From NCBI GenBank assembly GCA_004431415.1, contig QPMI01000609.1, positions 1 to 64,000 of the forward strand: 64,000 nucleotides of DNA, read 5' to 3'. The notes below the pieces were generated by a model. It was not told the DNA's origin, searched no databases, and saw nothing but the letters and a program-made list of their open reading frames with translations. Below are positions 1 through 12,493 of the stretch, piece after piece. Each line of letters starts with the position of its first letter. Positions within the stretch are counted from its first letter, which is position 1. The translations under genes and the position numbers were made by a program. The DNA comes from Cyanophora paradoxa CCMP329. Lineage: Eukaryota; Plantae; Glaucophyta.

Positions 1-124
1 GACCACTACCGCGACTCCGCCTCCAAGCTATATCCTTCCTTCCTTCCAGCTCTCAAATTCGAATTTGAAACTCTCTCTCGCCCTCCTCCTCTTCTCCTTG
101 ACTCCTCTTTCTTTCCTCCACGGT

Positions 125-940
125 GCCGCTGAAGGCGCGGCTGGCGACGATCCAGCAGGAGACGGCGGCTATGGTCGAGGGCATCCGCGAGGAGCACGCG
201 CGCGACCTCCGCGCCCTCCAGTGCGCCCTTAGAAGGAGACGAAGCAAGAGGATTAAAGGCTCTAATGCTTAGAGATGCTTAGAGATTTCTGCTTGGAAGC
301 CTCGATCAATTCTGACGGCGTCGACGCCGGCGCCGCAGGGAGCGGGTGGAGTGGTACGAGGCGGAGTTCATCCGGGTGCGGCGGCGGGAGGAGGAGATGC
401 GCGGGGAGGCGGCGGAGGCCCAGCGCACCATCGACAACCTCGAGGCCAAGTGGCGCGAGTACCACGAGAACAACAAGACCCTCGTGCGCCGCGCCCGCCC
501 GCCCGGCCCCTCCCCAGCCTCGGCGCCCGCCCTCCTTCCCCCGCCCCATCTTCTGAACTCTCCTCTGAATCTATCTATCTCACCCCTCCAATCCTTCCCT
601 CCCCTCAGGTGGGCCTGCTGAAGGAGGCGGAGGCGCTGGAGAAGGAGCGGCGGGCGGAGGTCGACGCGCAGCGCAACGCCGTCGGCGACTTCGCCTCCCG
701 CGACGAGAAGAGTGCGCCCCTCCGCCCCGCCCTGCCCTGCCGCCCCGGCCCCGGCCCCGGGCGCCTTGGAAGGGGTAGGGCTCTAGGTCCGGTGGGTACT
801 GCACTTTAAGCTAGAACATGGGCTTCGCTCCCCTCCCCCCCCTCTCTCCCCCCGCCCCCAGGGTCCTTCGCTTCACTCTTGTTCCTCCTACCCCCGCCCT
901 TTCCTCCTCCTCCTTATCCCCCTCCCTCCCTCCCCCTCCG

Positions 941-979
<39 letters not shown>

Positions 980-3860
980 CCCCTCCCTAACGCGGATTCG
1001 CTCGCCTCGTTCGCAGTGCGGCAGGAGCTGGAGCACCTGGGGACGGAGCTGGAGACGACCAAGAAGAAGCTCCTCGCCGCCCTCGACGACCTCTCCGCGA
1101 AGGCGAGCCAGCGCGCCCGCCTGGCGCCTGCACGTCGAGCTCTGTCTATCTATCTAGAACATAAAAACATAGAGCTAAACATAGAAATAGATAGAGCAAA
1201 ACATAGAAATGAGCTCTCTGCGAAGGCGAGCGAACGAGCGAGCGCTGCTCCCCTGCCCCTGTCCCCGCCCCACCCCCTCTCTCCCCCCCCCCCCCCTCCC
1301 GCCCCCGGCCCCGCCCCCGGCGCGCCGACGGCGGGCGGGCGGGCGAGCGCTGCGGCCCCGCCCCCGGGGCTTAGATACCAACAAACAGGTGGAGGAGATT
1401 ACCGAGCTGGACTGATAGAACTCAGTAGAATCATATATAGTACGAAACACAGAAAGAGACGGGCCCTAACAGGTGGAGGAGAACAACAAGCTGAAGGGGC
1501 ACCTCGAGTTCACGAAGCGCGCCCTCAACGCCCTCGTCCGTCCAACCTCCCTCCCTTCCTTTCTTTCTTACTTGACGCCCGCCGCAGAAGGAGGAGCACG
1601 TGCAGGTCCGGCCCGACCCGATTTGACCCGATCCGATCCGATCCGGCCCGATCCGATCTGAGCCGGGGTGCCTCAGGTGAGCTCGCAGTACCGCGAGAAG
1701 CTGCGGGAGGACACGCTCCGCGTCGCGTGCGTACCCCCCGCCCCGCCCCGCCCCACCGGGACCCCGCCGGCTTCGGTTCACTGTCTGTCAGGCACTCGCC
1801 GCGCCCGGACTGGCACGCGGCCCCGCTCTACGTCCCCGCCCTCTCCCTGGACGGCGACGGCGACGACGGGGCGACGGCGACTGCGGCCGCGGCGGCCGGG
1901 AAGGGCGAGGAGGAGGAGGATGGGGGCGGGTCAGTTGCACGGGCCCTGGAAGAGACGACGGTGGCGTCCTCGAGGAGGGAGGAACGTTCCTCCGGACTCG
2001 CCGGGGCCCGCTCTGTGCCGGCCTCGATGGCCTCGTTGGCGGGCCTGCTGCCGGCGATGAGCCTCCGGACGGCCGCCTCCACGGCGCGCGGGGGGCCAGA
2101 GGAGGCCGCCGAGGCGAACCCGGGGGGGAAATCGTCCGCCGAGATCGCCCGCATGCTCATGGACGAGCTCGACCAGGTACCCCCCTCCACCTCGACTTCG
2201 AATTTTCAAATTCGAATTTTTGAATTCGAACGCAGCTGCGGCGCCTGACGATCGGCCCGGCGCTGTACGGCGCCTCCGGCCGGCCCGTCATCGGCCTCGG
2301 GACGCGGCCCCAGGTGCGGGGGCTTCCTAGACAGGCCTAGACAAATCCTCGGCACTTGATCCGTGCTTCAGGTGCCGGCGCACCTGCGGGCGGCGGGGCG
2401 GGTGCGGCGGGTGCGGCCGGAGCGGCGCGCCCTCCTCGAGATCATCAAGGCGACCTACGACGCCAAGAGGGCCGCCCCCAAGGAGAAGGTCCGACGGATC
2501 AGTCTAGATCAGACCAATTCAGACTTGATTCCTCGCCCCTTGATTCCTCCCGCGCTCGGCTGACGGGCCGGCCCTGCACCGCGCCCAGATGCTGCACCAC
2601 CTGGCGAACGCCCTCCAAGCCCTGTACCCCGACGAGCGGGAGCGACTCGAGGTGGCGTACGCCGTCCACTTCGCCGCGGAGCGCTCGACGGAGCCCGAGC
2701 TCGCCACCTTCCGCGACGCGCTTGCCGGTACCCGTACCCCCCAGCTCACCTGAGCTGAGCTGAGCTGAGCTGACGACGGAGGGGCAGCGGACGCAGTGCC
2801 CGAGAACGTGCAGGACGTGCGCGCCTTCGTGGAGGGGGTACGCTCGCTCCTCGTCACCATCGACGAGGCGCACCCGGGGGGTACGCCGAAGGACGTCCTG
2901 GCGGGGGCCCTCCGCGACTACTTCCCCCTCAAGTCCGCCCACGACCTCGCCGCCCTCCGCGCGGTAACCCCCACTTCAACTTTTCGTGTATCCCCCCTCG
3001 CATCCCCTTACGGTACCCCCGGGGACAGGCGATGGACGAGGACGTACCCGGGCGGGACCGCCTGCACTGCTTCGACCTGATTCCCCACCCGCCGGAGCCG
3101 CCCCCGCCTCCCGCCCCGATCGACTGGCTGGTCCACCCCCCCCTCCCCCCCCCCCCCCCCCCCCCAACATCTTTGACCCCGTACCCCCCGGTGCGCAGCA
3201 AGGGCGGACGGGCCGGCTTCGCTTCCTCGAGCTGCTACTGGACCAGCACGCCCTCGAGTCCTCTGAGCTCCTAGCCGCCATCGAGGTACCCCCCCCCGGG
3301 CTGGGCTCGTACCCCTCCCTTTCTTTCCCTCGCCTGAGGCGCCGTACGTGCCCGGTGCCCCGCCACTCGCCCGCAGGACCAGCTGAGCGCCCTGGACTTT
3401 CGGGGGAGCGGCAAGGTCAGCGGCTCGGACGTAAGGAAGACACTCCTCAGGTTGGACCCGGACCGGGGCGAGCAGGAGTGGGACGTGGTGCGCGCGAAGC
3501 CGGCGGCCCCGCCCCGCCCCGCCGTACACGTACGTACCCCCCTTTCGAGCCGTCATACCCCCCGCGCAGGTGCTGGCGCGGGTCCTCGGCTGCAAGACCG
3601 GCGAGCTGAACACGAAGCTCACCGTCAAGCCGGTCGTCGTCGCCGACTTCGTTCGCGTGCGCTTTTACGCCCCTCTCTTTCTTTCCTTTCGCACGCGTTT
3701 ACTGACTGATTTGGACGCCCAGCGGCTGCGGCTCGTGGCTGTGGTCGTGAAGGTCGCGCACCCCGTGCGGCGGGACGGGCCCGCCGGCCCCAAGGACAAG
3801 GAGAAGGACAAGGAGAAGGAGAAGGCGCAGCCCGACGCCAAGGAGGCCAAGGGCGGGTGA
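125..3860 (+). CDS. Multi-exon coiled-coil protein, TSNAXIP1 (translin-associated factor X-interacting protein 1)-like; 5' part lies outside the window
   Basis: Exons read as coiled coil (YEAEFIRVRRREEEMRGE, VEENNKLKGHLEFTKRAL), then GLGTRPQ/VPAHLRAAGRV..LLEIIKATYDAK, LRDYFPLKSAHDLAAL and FLELLLDQH, resembling TSNAXIP1 motifs. Stop at 3858-3860. Exon boundaries approximate. Confidence 0.55.
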
Positions 3861-5194
3861 ATCCATGTCGGACGTACGCGCGCGCGAATACATGTTCGAA
3901 TTCATTGCGATATCGATATTGTCAAAGTTAGCGAACGGCTTCCTCGGGACGAGGCCTAGGCGCGCGTGCGCGCATGCATAGCTGTAGCTACTATGGCGCG
4001 CGCTCTCTCTTCTCTGCAGCTGCCGCGTCCCCTCTGTGCACGTGCGAGCAATAAGCTTAAGCTTAGCGGATCGCTCCGATCATGAGCGGGCGCGGCGCGC
4101 GCCGAGCGCACGCAAGCGTAAGGGAGAGCTCTGCATGTGGAGTGCGGCCGGGGCGGCGCCAGCGCACCGAGCGCGCAGCTGCATGCAGCTGCAGTGGCCA
4201 TGGAGTGCGGCTATATATATACTGCGCGCAATGCGTACCCACACGCTGAAATACAATACCCACCACCCTCGAGGGATACATGATTGGGAAACTGGATGGG
4301 GCGGCATTGGGGCCGCTCAGTCACTGGACCGTCGCGATCGCGATGGTGGTTTGCATTTCGACCCGGGTACAGGCTAAACGGCTTCTGTAATAGTACTACG
4401 GTAGCTCAGCAGCCTCAGCAGCTGATTCGGCATTCGGGGGCGCGCGCGCGTGATTCGACATTCGGGGACGCGCGCGCGGGTCCGATTCGAATTCGGATCG
4501 GACGCGCGCGATGGATCGACTCATGCATTCGAGACGAATTTCGCGTACGCGTGCGCGGTGCGTGCGCTGCATGCGCAGCTGCCGCGCGCAGCTGCCGAAA
4601 CGACGTCGCGCAGGGCCCGGCCGCGGGGATCGGAGGCGATTCGGAGCTCCGAGGCTTTGGCCATCGACCAGGCTTTGCCAAAAAGTTGGACCAGGCGCGG
4701 AGCTCTCGACTCCGAGGCTCGTCGGCGATCGCAAAGCCTCCGCATCGATCTGTCTAGCCTCGGGCCTCGGCGCGCGCGGCGCGCGCCGGCGGAGCTCTCG
4801 AAGCCCCGGCGCTGCCCCGCGGCGCCGGCCGGCTTTGCAGCAGCCTAGGCCTAGCTATAGGCTATAGCCTGCAAGCCGACATCTACATCTGCAGCCGCGT
4901 ACGTATACGTGCCGGCGCCGCGCGCTGGCCCGCGGCCCCGCGCCGCTGTACCGGTACCGCGGCATCTTCCTCTGGAGTCGCGAGCTTGCAGCTGCGCCGG
5001 AACGACCTTAGGCCTCGGCGGCTGGAGATCATCGGATCAGCCTAGCTACAGCTTGGCCTCCGGCGCGCGCGAGCATCCTAGGCCTTCGAGACGAAAGCCT
5101 GTATACGTAGAGCAGCAACGTCGACGGGGATGCGCGGTGCGCGGCGTTATGCGCACCGGTGAGCTCGATCATCCGAGCAAGAGCCTGGTTTAGA

Positions 5195-8100
5195 ATGGAC
5201 ATGGCCTTTCACGGCCAGCACGCGCACGCGTATACGTACGAGGGCGCAGGCGCCCCCGGCCCCGGGCGCGGACCCTCGCTCCCAGCTGCAACGCCCGCCC
5301 CGCCGGCGCCCGATGCACCCTCCATTCCCCCCATGGCCAAGTCCCCGGCCGCGGAGGCGCCCGCGCCTGGGGGCCGCCCGCAGCGCCCCAGCAGCCGCCT
5401 GGCCATGGTGTTCGGCGGGTGGAAGGCGGCCGCGGAGCGCGACCTGGAGCTGGTGGTGGCGGGCCCGGGGCTCTCCCTCTCGAGCTCCGGCGGCATCGCA
5501 TCAATGTCCGGTGCGCCGCGAGCGTGCAGTGGAGCCGGGGCCGATCGCGGGGCCAACGTTTAACTGCGCGGGGCCGCATACATACGTGCGTGTGCGCAGT
5601 TGGGCCTCTGGAGCTGGAGCTCCCAATCCATCCTGCGTACGGCCACACCGCCGCCCCCGGCGCCGGCGCCGCCGCCGCCGCCGGCGCGGGGGCCGGGGCC
5701 TCGCTTCGCAGGCGCGCCTCGCGGGACTCCAGCGGCCTCGCAGCCAGCGAGGCCGGCAGCTCGCTGGGCCGCCGGCAGCTCGCGGCGGCCCGCGAGGCGC
5801 TGGCGGACGGGTACCGGTGGGAGCGGGGCGCCCCCCGCTCCAGCCCCGGCTCCAGCCCCTCGGAGGGCGGCGGCAGCAGCCGGAGCGATCGCGAGGTCGC
5901 GAGGGGCAGGCGGGAGGGCCCCTCGACGTGGGGGCGCGCCGTCGCCGTCGCCGGCGCCCCCCGCTCGGGGCTCTCCCTCCTCTCGGCTAGCGCTCTGGCG
6001 ACCGATCGCGAGAGCCCGGCCGGGGGCGGCTCGACTACGCGCCGCACGGCGCGGTCGACGTCCGCTCGCTCGTGGCGCACGGCGGGGGGCGAGGCGGGGC
6101 GGGAGGAGCGGCGGGCCTTCATCAGCGCGGCGCTGGGCGAGGACCCGCGCCTCCTCGACGGCGCCTCGCACCCCGTCTCGCTTAGCTTCCTGGACCCCCC
6201 CCTGGAGGCCGCGTTCCGAGCCGAGTACGCCGCGGAGAGCCTCCTGCGAATGGGCATCAACGGCCTCGTCGCCATCTGCGCCATGCTCGTCCAGGTTCGA
6301 ATCTGTACAATCAAGCGGGATAAAGCAAAATCAAAAGCCTTATTCGATGTACTGAGAATGAGAATTTTCCTTTACATCAAACAATAAATAGGGCTATAAA
6401 GGTTCCGTTAAACAGTTTGCGCCATGCTGGTCCAGGCAAGCGTGCCGGGACGAGGCGATCCGCTTTTATTAATATTATTCTCTGAGAGTGACGGCGGAGC
6501 CGCGCGCGCGCGCGCGCAGATCGTCTTCCTCCTGATCGCCTACGAACCCTCGCGCAAGCTCTACCTCCCCGTCCTCGGTCCGCTCGCCGTACTCCCGCCC
6601 GATCCGTCGCTAGAGCGCCGTACCCCCGCACGATCTGCTGCTTGGGCTAGGCCGCGCCGGCCGACTCTCACCGGCTCTCAGGCCTAGGACGGGGAGGTAG
6701 ATCTAGAGCCTTAAATATTACTTATCCCATAGTAGCTTGAAGTATGCCATAGTAGCTTTAAGCAGCGCCGGCCGGCTCTTGATCTCGATCTCACCGGCCT
6801 CACTCAGGCGCGCTGGCCGTGGCCGGCCTGACCGCCGTCGTCCCCTCCGTGCCCCTCTTCCGCCGGCACCCCGTCGCGACCCAGACGTGGTTCCCCATCA
6901 TCGTGCGCCCCCCCCCCCCCCCCCCCCCCCTCTTCCACCCCTTCCCCCTCTCCTTTGTCGCTGACCTCACCGTACCCCTCCCCAAGTTCACCACCATCTT
7001 CGCCGCGTGCGTCACGGCGTCCTCTCCGCACCCACCCCGGCCCCGGCGACCCCGGCGACCCCGGCCCGGTCCCACGTGCACTAATCTTATCCTCCCCAGG
7101 ATGCACACGCTGATCTACTACGCGGGGCGCCTGAACACGTACATGAGCGTCCCCTGCATCTCCATGATCGCCGGCACCGTCATCAACGTGCGTGCGCGCC
7201 CGCGCCGCCACCCTCCTAGAGCGGCTTGGCGTTTAGAGTTTGAAGCGGCTTATTCATGAGCCCGCCTTAAGCTTCGAATTCACCCGCCGGCCCGGCCCGG
7301 CCCGAACAATAATCCGAGGCCGGGCCGCGGCGCGGCGCATGCAGAGGACGCTGTGGCGCGCGGCCGCGTTGAGCTTAGCCCGCGGCCGCCTCAAGCTTAG
7401 CTGTATAGCTTAAGCTAAGCTTCACCCGCTTTATATATCTAGTTCCAATACGTCTAGTATCGTAAACGTTTTTAACTCTTCCGAACTCTTCGGTTCCGAA
7501 ACTGTTCCGCAGCGGACGCTGTGGCGCGCGGGCATCGCGACGGGCCTGAGCATCGCCCTCGCCTGCTTCGGCCTCGAGGTGCGTCCGCCTAGGCTACGTC
7601 GGCCTAGACCTATAGCTAGGCCTGCCTGCGGCTAGCTTGGGAAGGCCCGTGCCAGGCCAGCCTGGCAGGCCAGGCCGCGCCAGTCCAGGACAGGCCAGGC
7701 CGCGCCGCGCCTTGCCTTCGAGCTGGCTCGGCGCTGATCGGCGCCGCTCTCGCGCCGCCGGCTCCTGTGGCTGGAGCCCCCTACTTCGCCGCCCCCTGCT
7801 TCGAGGGTGCCGTACCCCCCTCCAAACTCCTCCCCCCGCCCCCCGAATTCGATCCATCCCTGACCAAGGCCGCGCGCGCGGCGCCGCACGGGTACAGTGG
7901 CGGTGCTGGTCGCCGTCTTCGTGCGCGCGCTCGAGGATAAAGTAACGTTATCGCCCGCCGCGCCTTCTACCTCCAGGTGCCGTACCCCCCCCCCCCCCCC
8001 TTCCATCTTGTTTTCATCAAGATTGAATTTCTTAGACCTGGAGCAGACGGCGGTGCGGGCGACGGACGAGGATGCGGCTGAGCAGCACGCGAGGGCGGAG

Positions 8101-10845
8101 CGGCTCGCCCGCAACTGCCTCCCGCTGCAGGCGCGCGGTAGTGGGAAGGAAGGGAGGGAGCGGGGGAGCTAGGTCCCTCGCGGTCCCTAGCGCTCGCTAG
8201 GCGTGCTTTCGCCAAGCTTTCTGCTAGGCGGAGCCTAGGCGTGCTAGGCGCCGGGTTCTTTTTCCACCTCCTAGTTCCCCTGCTTATAATCACTTCCCAC
8301 CGCTGCAGGTGCTTACTGGGCCGCCGGCCTCTCCCGCCGCTTCGAGAGCGCCGCGGTCGTCTTCGTCATCCTGGACCCGGGCCCGGGCCGCGGAGGAGGC
8401 GGGGGAGATCGGGAGCGGCGGCCGCGGGGCGAGGGTGAGGAGGAGTCGGCGCGGGCCCCCACCGGGGGCGGGGAAGGGGCCATGGTCCCAACGGACGCGG
8501 GGGATCACGAGGCGCCGCCGGTGGACCTGGGGCGGCTGGGGTCGGCCGTGGCGAGGCTGGAGGCGCTAGCCGCGCGCCACGGCGTCGAGTGGATCAAGAC
8601 CATCGGCGGTGCACGTGCGTCGACGTCCATTTGCAAGTGATCTAAAACGAGCGATCCGATCGCGAGTCATGTATACTTCGAAGCCTTCGAAGCCTTTAGT
8701 CATGTTGTGGGCTCTGCTGAAAAACTAGCCCTGCCCTCTTCTTGCTCCGAATAAACGATCTCGTCTAAGAGAAGGACGCTAGCGCTGAACGAACCCTGAC
8801 ATGAAATGATCTCGCCGGGATCTGATCCCTTCGAATTCTGACTTTGCGCGCAGGCTGGAGCGCGATGTGCGTGGCGGGGGTACACGAGGAGCGCCCGGCC
8901 GCGGGGTCCGCCCTCGCCGCCGCCGCCTTCCGAGTTCGCCTGCGACGCCGTCTCCGCCGCCCGCCGCGCAGGCTTCGCCGCCCGCGCCGGCGTCGGTGCG
9001 CTAACTCGGCGTTTTCGAACGCTAACATAACATAACTCAACTTAACTTGGCTACCCTCTTTAAATTCAAATTAGCTACCTAACTTGACTTGACTTGTTCG
9101 TCTCCGCCGCCCGCCGCGCCGGCTTCGTCTAGAGGGGACGGCTAGATCTAGAGGGGACGCCGCCCGCCTCCGACTCTTCTGCGTGCCTAGTGCTCTCCGT
9201 CGCTCGCGCCGGCGTCGGTGCGTAGAGCTAGACTTTGCGTTATCGAACCTTTGAACTTCACTTAAATCAGCTAACTAACTTAACTTCACTTGACGTTGAC
9301 GGCGGAACGGATACATACATATAGATCGATCGATGTCGCGCCCGTCAGCTTTTATTTCGGCCCCGCCCTTCTGAGAGGATTCCCGGCGCGCGCAGCGGTG
9401 GGACCCCTCGTGGCGGGCGTCATCGGCTCGCGCTGCTCCTACGACGCCTGGGGCGGTGCGCCCTTTTCCTTCGAATTTCCGATCCTTTTCCTCGCTGTTG
9501 CGGTGCGAATTTCCGATCGAATTTCCTGGGGCGGTGCGCCCTTTTCCTTCGAATTTCGTTAACGTTCTCGCTGTTGCTGCTGCTGCCCTCAGACACGGCG
9601 AACACGGCACACCGGATGGCGTACTACACGGAGGCCAACACGGCCCGCTGCACCCGCGCCGTGCGCGCTGCCCCGGCCCCGCCCTCGCAAAACCCGCCCG
9701 CCCCGCCCCTGCCTTCCCCCTCTTATATTCTACTTGCGCGCTGCACCCGCGCCGTATGGCCCGGCCCGGCCCCCGCCCAGGCCTGCCCCTCCGGATCCTC
9801 AGATTAGAATCTAATTGTAATCGCACACGCCTGCCCATGCCCGGCCCGCCCGCAGACGCGGGATCTGATCGCCGATGGGCCCTTTTCCTTCCCATGGTCC
9901 GGCACCGCCTTCGTCAAGGGCAAGGGTACGCCTATCCGACCCCCCGCTCGTACCCCTGATTTACTTTTGCGTACCCAGGCCTCCTGGAGGTGTTCACCCT
10001 GGCGGGGGCGGAGCCCCTACCCCCCCGGGGGGGTCGCGCCGTCGGGGATCGCGATCAAGGGCCACCCGGCGCCGCCCTCGCCCCGCGCGGGGCCCGCCCC
10101 GCCGAGCCCCGTAGCCCGCCCCGATCGCGAGGACCGGTACCCACCCTCCAGGGACGAGGAGGAGGAGGAGGAGGGCGGCCCCGTACCCGTCCGGCCGGGC
10201 CGCTCGCTGGCCGCCCGCCTCCTGTGGAAGGCCCTGGGGTACATGGGCGTGTCCCCGCTCAATGGCGCCCCCTCCATGCTCCGCCTGGCCTTCGCCTCCG
10301 CCGAAGCGGAGATGGCCTTCTGGGAGCGTCGCCGCGCAGCCTCGCTGGGCGCGCTGCGCCAGGCCCTCCTCCTCGGCCTCTGCCACGCCCTCGCCTGGCC
10401 CCTCCTCTGGCTGGGCGCGCGATACCCCCCCGCCGAGCTCCGCCGCTGCCTCGTGCTCCGGTACCTCCTCCAGGGCTCGCCGGCCGCCGCCGCCGCGCTC
10501 CTCGCGCTCCTGTACCCCCACACGGCCCTCCAGCACGCGCGGGCGCTCGTGCTCGTGCCCAGCCTGGCCACGGCCGTCTACCTCGGCCTGCAGCTCGCCT
10601 GGCTCGGGGCCGACGATTCCAGCGAGTTTCCAAATCCAGGGCAGGCCGCCTCGGTGCACGTGGCCGACCTCCAGTTCTTCTCGTACTACTTCCACATGAT
10701 GCCGGGCCCCATCGTACCCTTCCTCCACCGCCTCCCCTGGGACGCCGCCCTCGTCGCGCTCTACGCCGGCGGCCAGCACCGCCGCGTCGGAGCCGCCGCC
10801 GAGGGCGCCCACGAGCTCCTCATCCACCTCCTCGTCCTCGCCCTC
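5195..10845 (+). pseudogene. Membrane class III adenylyl cyclase, 5' half (TM cluster 1, cyclase domain 1, TM cluster 2), interrupted at 10845
   Basis: Exons encode LSFLDPPLEAAF, hydrophobic helices, ERLARNCLP, ARHGVEWIKTIG, MCVAG, GPLVAGVIGSRCSYDAWG/DTANTAHRM, then a second TM block (9967-10845). Confidence 0.85.
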
Positions 10846-10846
10846 C

Positions 10847-10881
10847 CTATCATGCCCACTCCATGGGTCAAACCTATGGCC
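10847..10881 (+). repeat. Left imperfect terminal inverted repeat
   Basis: CTATCatgcccactccatGGgTCaAACctaTGGCC matches the reverse complement of 36411-36445 at 20/35 positions without gaps (manual count). Confidence 0.65.
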
Positions 10882-10954
10882 TTCAGACGGGCCCCGCTAG
10901 GACCGCCCGTGTCCCCCGGGGCATGTGCGCCCGCAGTACCCCAAGGGTCAAATA

Positions 10955-11100
10955 CTTTTCGGCAATTCTGCCATAATTTTGGCGGGGTCCGGCATAATTC
11001 TGGCGCAAATCTGGAATAATTCGGCAGAATTAACGGCATTTTCGGCTATTTCGCACGGAACTCGGCGGGATTACGGCAGAATTGCGGCGGAATTATCGGG
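10955..11100 (+). repeat. Subterminal array of degenerate ~10-11 bp repeats (CGGCNNAATT-like)
   Basis: cggcaatt, cggcataatt, ggaataatt, cggcagaatt (x2), cggcatttt, cggctattt, cggcgggatt, cggcggaatt in tandem. Confidence 0.75.
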
Positions 11101-11255
11101 CCTCGCACGGGTTCGGGCGGGCGGGGCGCTTGCAGTACTTCGGCGGCATGGTTCTGTCGCTTGGGCTGTCTCTGGTACTGGGGTAGAATATTTTTTTGGC
11201 GGGGTCAGGCTTTCCAACTTTGGATCGGGGTTAAGCCCAACCAAACCCGCCGGAG

Positions 11256-11915
11256 ATGAGCACGGGCATCTGCTGCCGGCCACCCAGGAAGCTCGAGTAC
11301 CTATCCCATCACGGGGAAATTCGCGAGGGGGGGCTTGTCTTCTACGGCACCGTCGGGCACCAGGTAGTCTACATCGTCCGGCGCGATTCGGAGGTTGCCA
11401 TCGGCCTGCTTCCCATGCCGACCCTGGCCGAGCTCCCGATCCTCATGCAGTCGCGGTCGGCCGAGTGGGCGCCCCTGGTGTCCGGGGACCTGCGCATCCC
11501 CGTCGATCTCTTGAGGCACCTCGCCGCCCCCATCTCGGACGGGACCCTGCAGCCCCGGCGCGTCCTGGTGGCCGACGGTCGGCAAGCCCTGGAGGTAGCA
11601 CCAGAGGAGGTCCGGCCCGGCACGGGCACGGGAACGAGGCGACGGCCCTGTGTTGCGGCGTACATGAGACCCTTCCTTTCAGAGGGCAGCTGGATCGAGC
11701 CGTACCAGTCCTCCCCCGAAGCACACAGGCTAGCAGTGGTCCGTCAGGTGTGGCCGCATCACATGACGGATGCGCACCCCCGAATGGTCGCCCAGCTAGA
11801 TTGCCTGGTCAGCGGATGGGCCCCAAACCGTGCTTCCCCCCGCCTCGACCTGGCTGAGATTGCTTTTTTGTGCGATCGCGCACCCCAGTCCATAGGGCTC
11901 CGTTCTGTACAGTGA
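11256..11915 (+). CDS. Hypothetical viral protein (219 aa)
   Basis: ATG-to-stop intronless ORF with a T7 tract ~60 bp upstream. No motif recognised. Confidence 0.55.
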   Translation: MSTGICCRPPRKLEYLSHHGEIREGGLVFYGTVGHQVVYIVRRDSEVAIGLLPMPTLAELPILMQSRSAEWAPLVSGDLRIPVDLLRHLAAPISDGTLQPRRVLVADGRQALEVAPEEVRPGTGTGTRRRPCVAAYMRPFLSEGSWIEPYQSSPEAHRLAVVRQVWPHHMTDAHPRMVAQLDCLVSGWAPNRASPRLDLAEIAFLCDRAPQSIGLRSVQ

Positions 11916-11948
11916 TACCAAACATATCGTGCTGTCTCTACTTGAAAC

Positions 11949-12386
11949 TCACTGCCGGGTCCTAGGCCGCTTAAGGCTGCACAGGGCGTACGCCGCCCCG
12001 AGATCGTCTACGGTGCTCCCGGGTGTCCTCGCCCCATCCTTCCACTCCTGCCTCTTGATGACCGCAACGTGCTGCTGGGGGCGCCCAGCGGTCGAGATGT
12101 AGACATCGTATATCTCGGGATCCCGGAGCGCTTCGGAGAAGGAGATGCGCAGTGTCGTCCTGGACCTGGGTCGCACCACCAGGGGCGTGCTTGATGAAGG
12201 GCACCCCGGGCTCCACCGCACGAAGGTGATCACAAAGGCCTCGTGCATGCGAGATGTGTTGCGCAGTAGAATATCCAGGGTGCCCGTGCTCTCGACGGCT
12301 ACCTCGAGCAGGCGGTACGGTGGCCGCATTGGTTCGGCGAGAAAGGTCTCCTTCTTCGTGCGGAATTCCACCGGGGAGAGCGCCAT
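11949..12386 (-). CDS. Hypothetical viral protein, beta-rich
   Basis: ORF from MALSPVEF; divergent from the next gene. Confidence 0.5.
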   Translation of the reverse strand: MALSPVEFRTKKETFLAEPMRPPYRLLEVAVESTGTLDILLRNTSRMHEAFVITFVRWSPGCPSSSTPLVVRPRSRTTLRISFSEALRDPEIYDVYISTAGRPQQHVAVIKRQEWKDGARTPGSTVDDLGAAYALCSLKRPRTRQ

Positions 12387-12493
12387 TGTGCCCCTTCCTG
12401 TATTCCAGACTGCCTCTCGATCGGCTGAGGTTTGACCCCCCACGTGTGCCTTTTTCTGCACCCCTGCTAAAACAGAGTACCCCGCCCACGGCC

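Noticed and set aside
925-985. Poly-C tracts as telomeric or poly-Pro coding sequence
   Set aside because: They lie in inferred introns or intergenic DNA throughout the host regions; homopolymer length is also assembly-sensitive.
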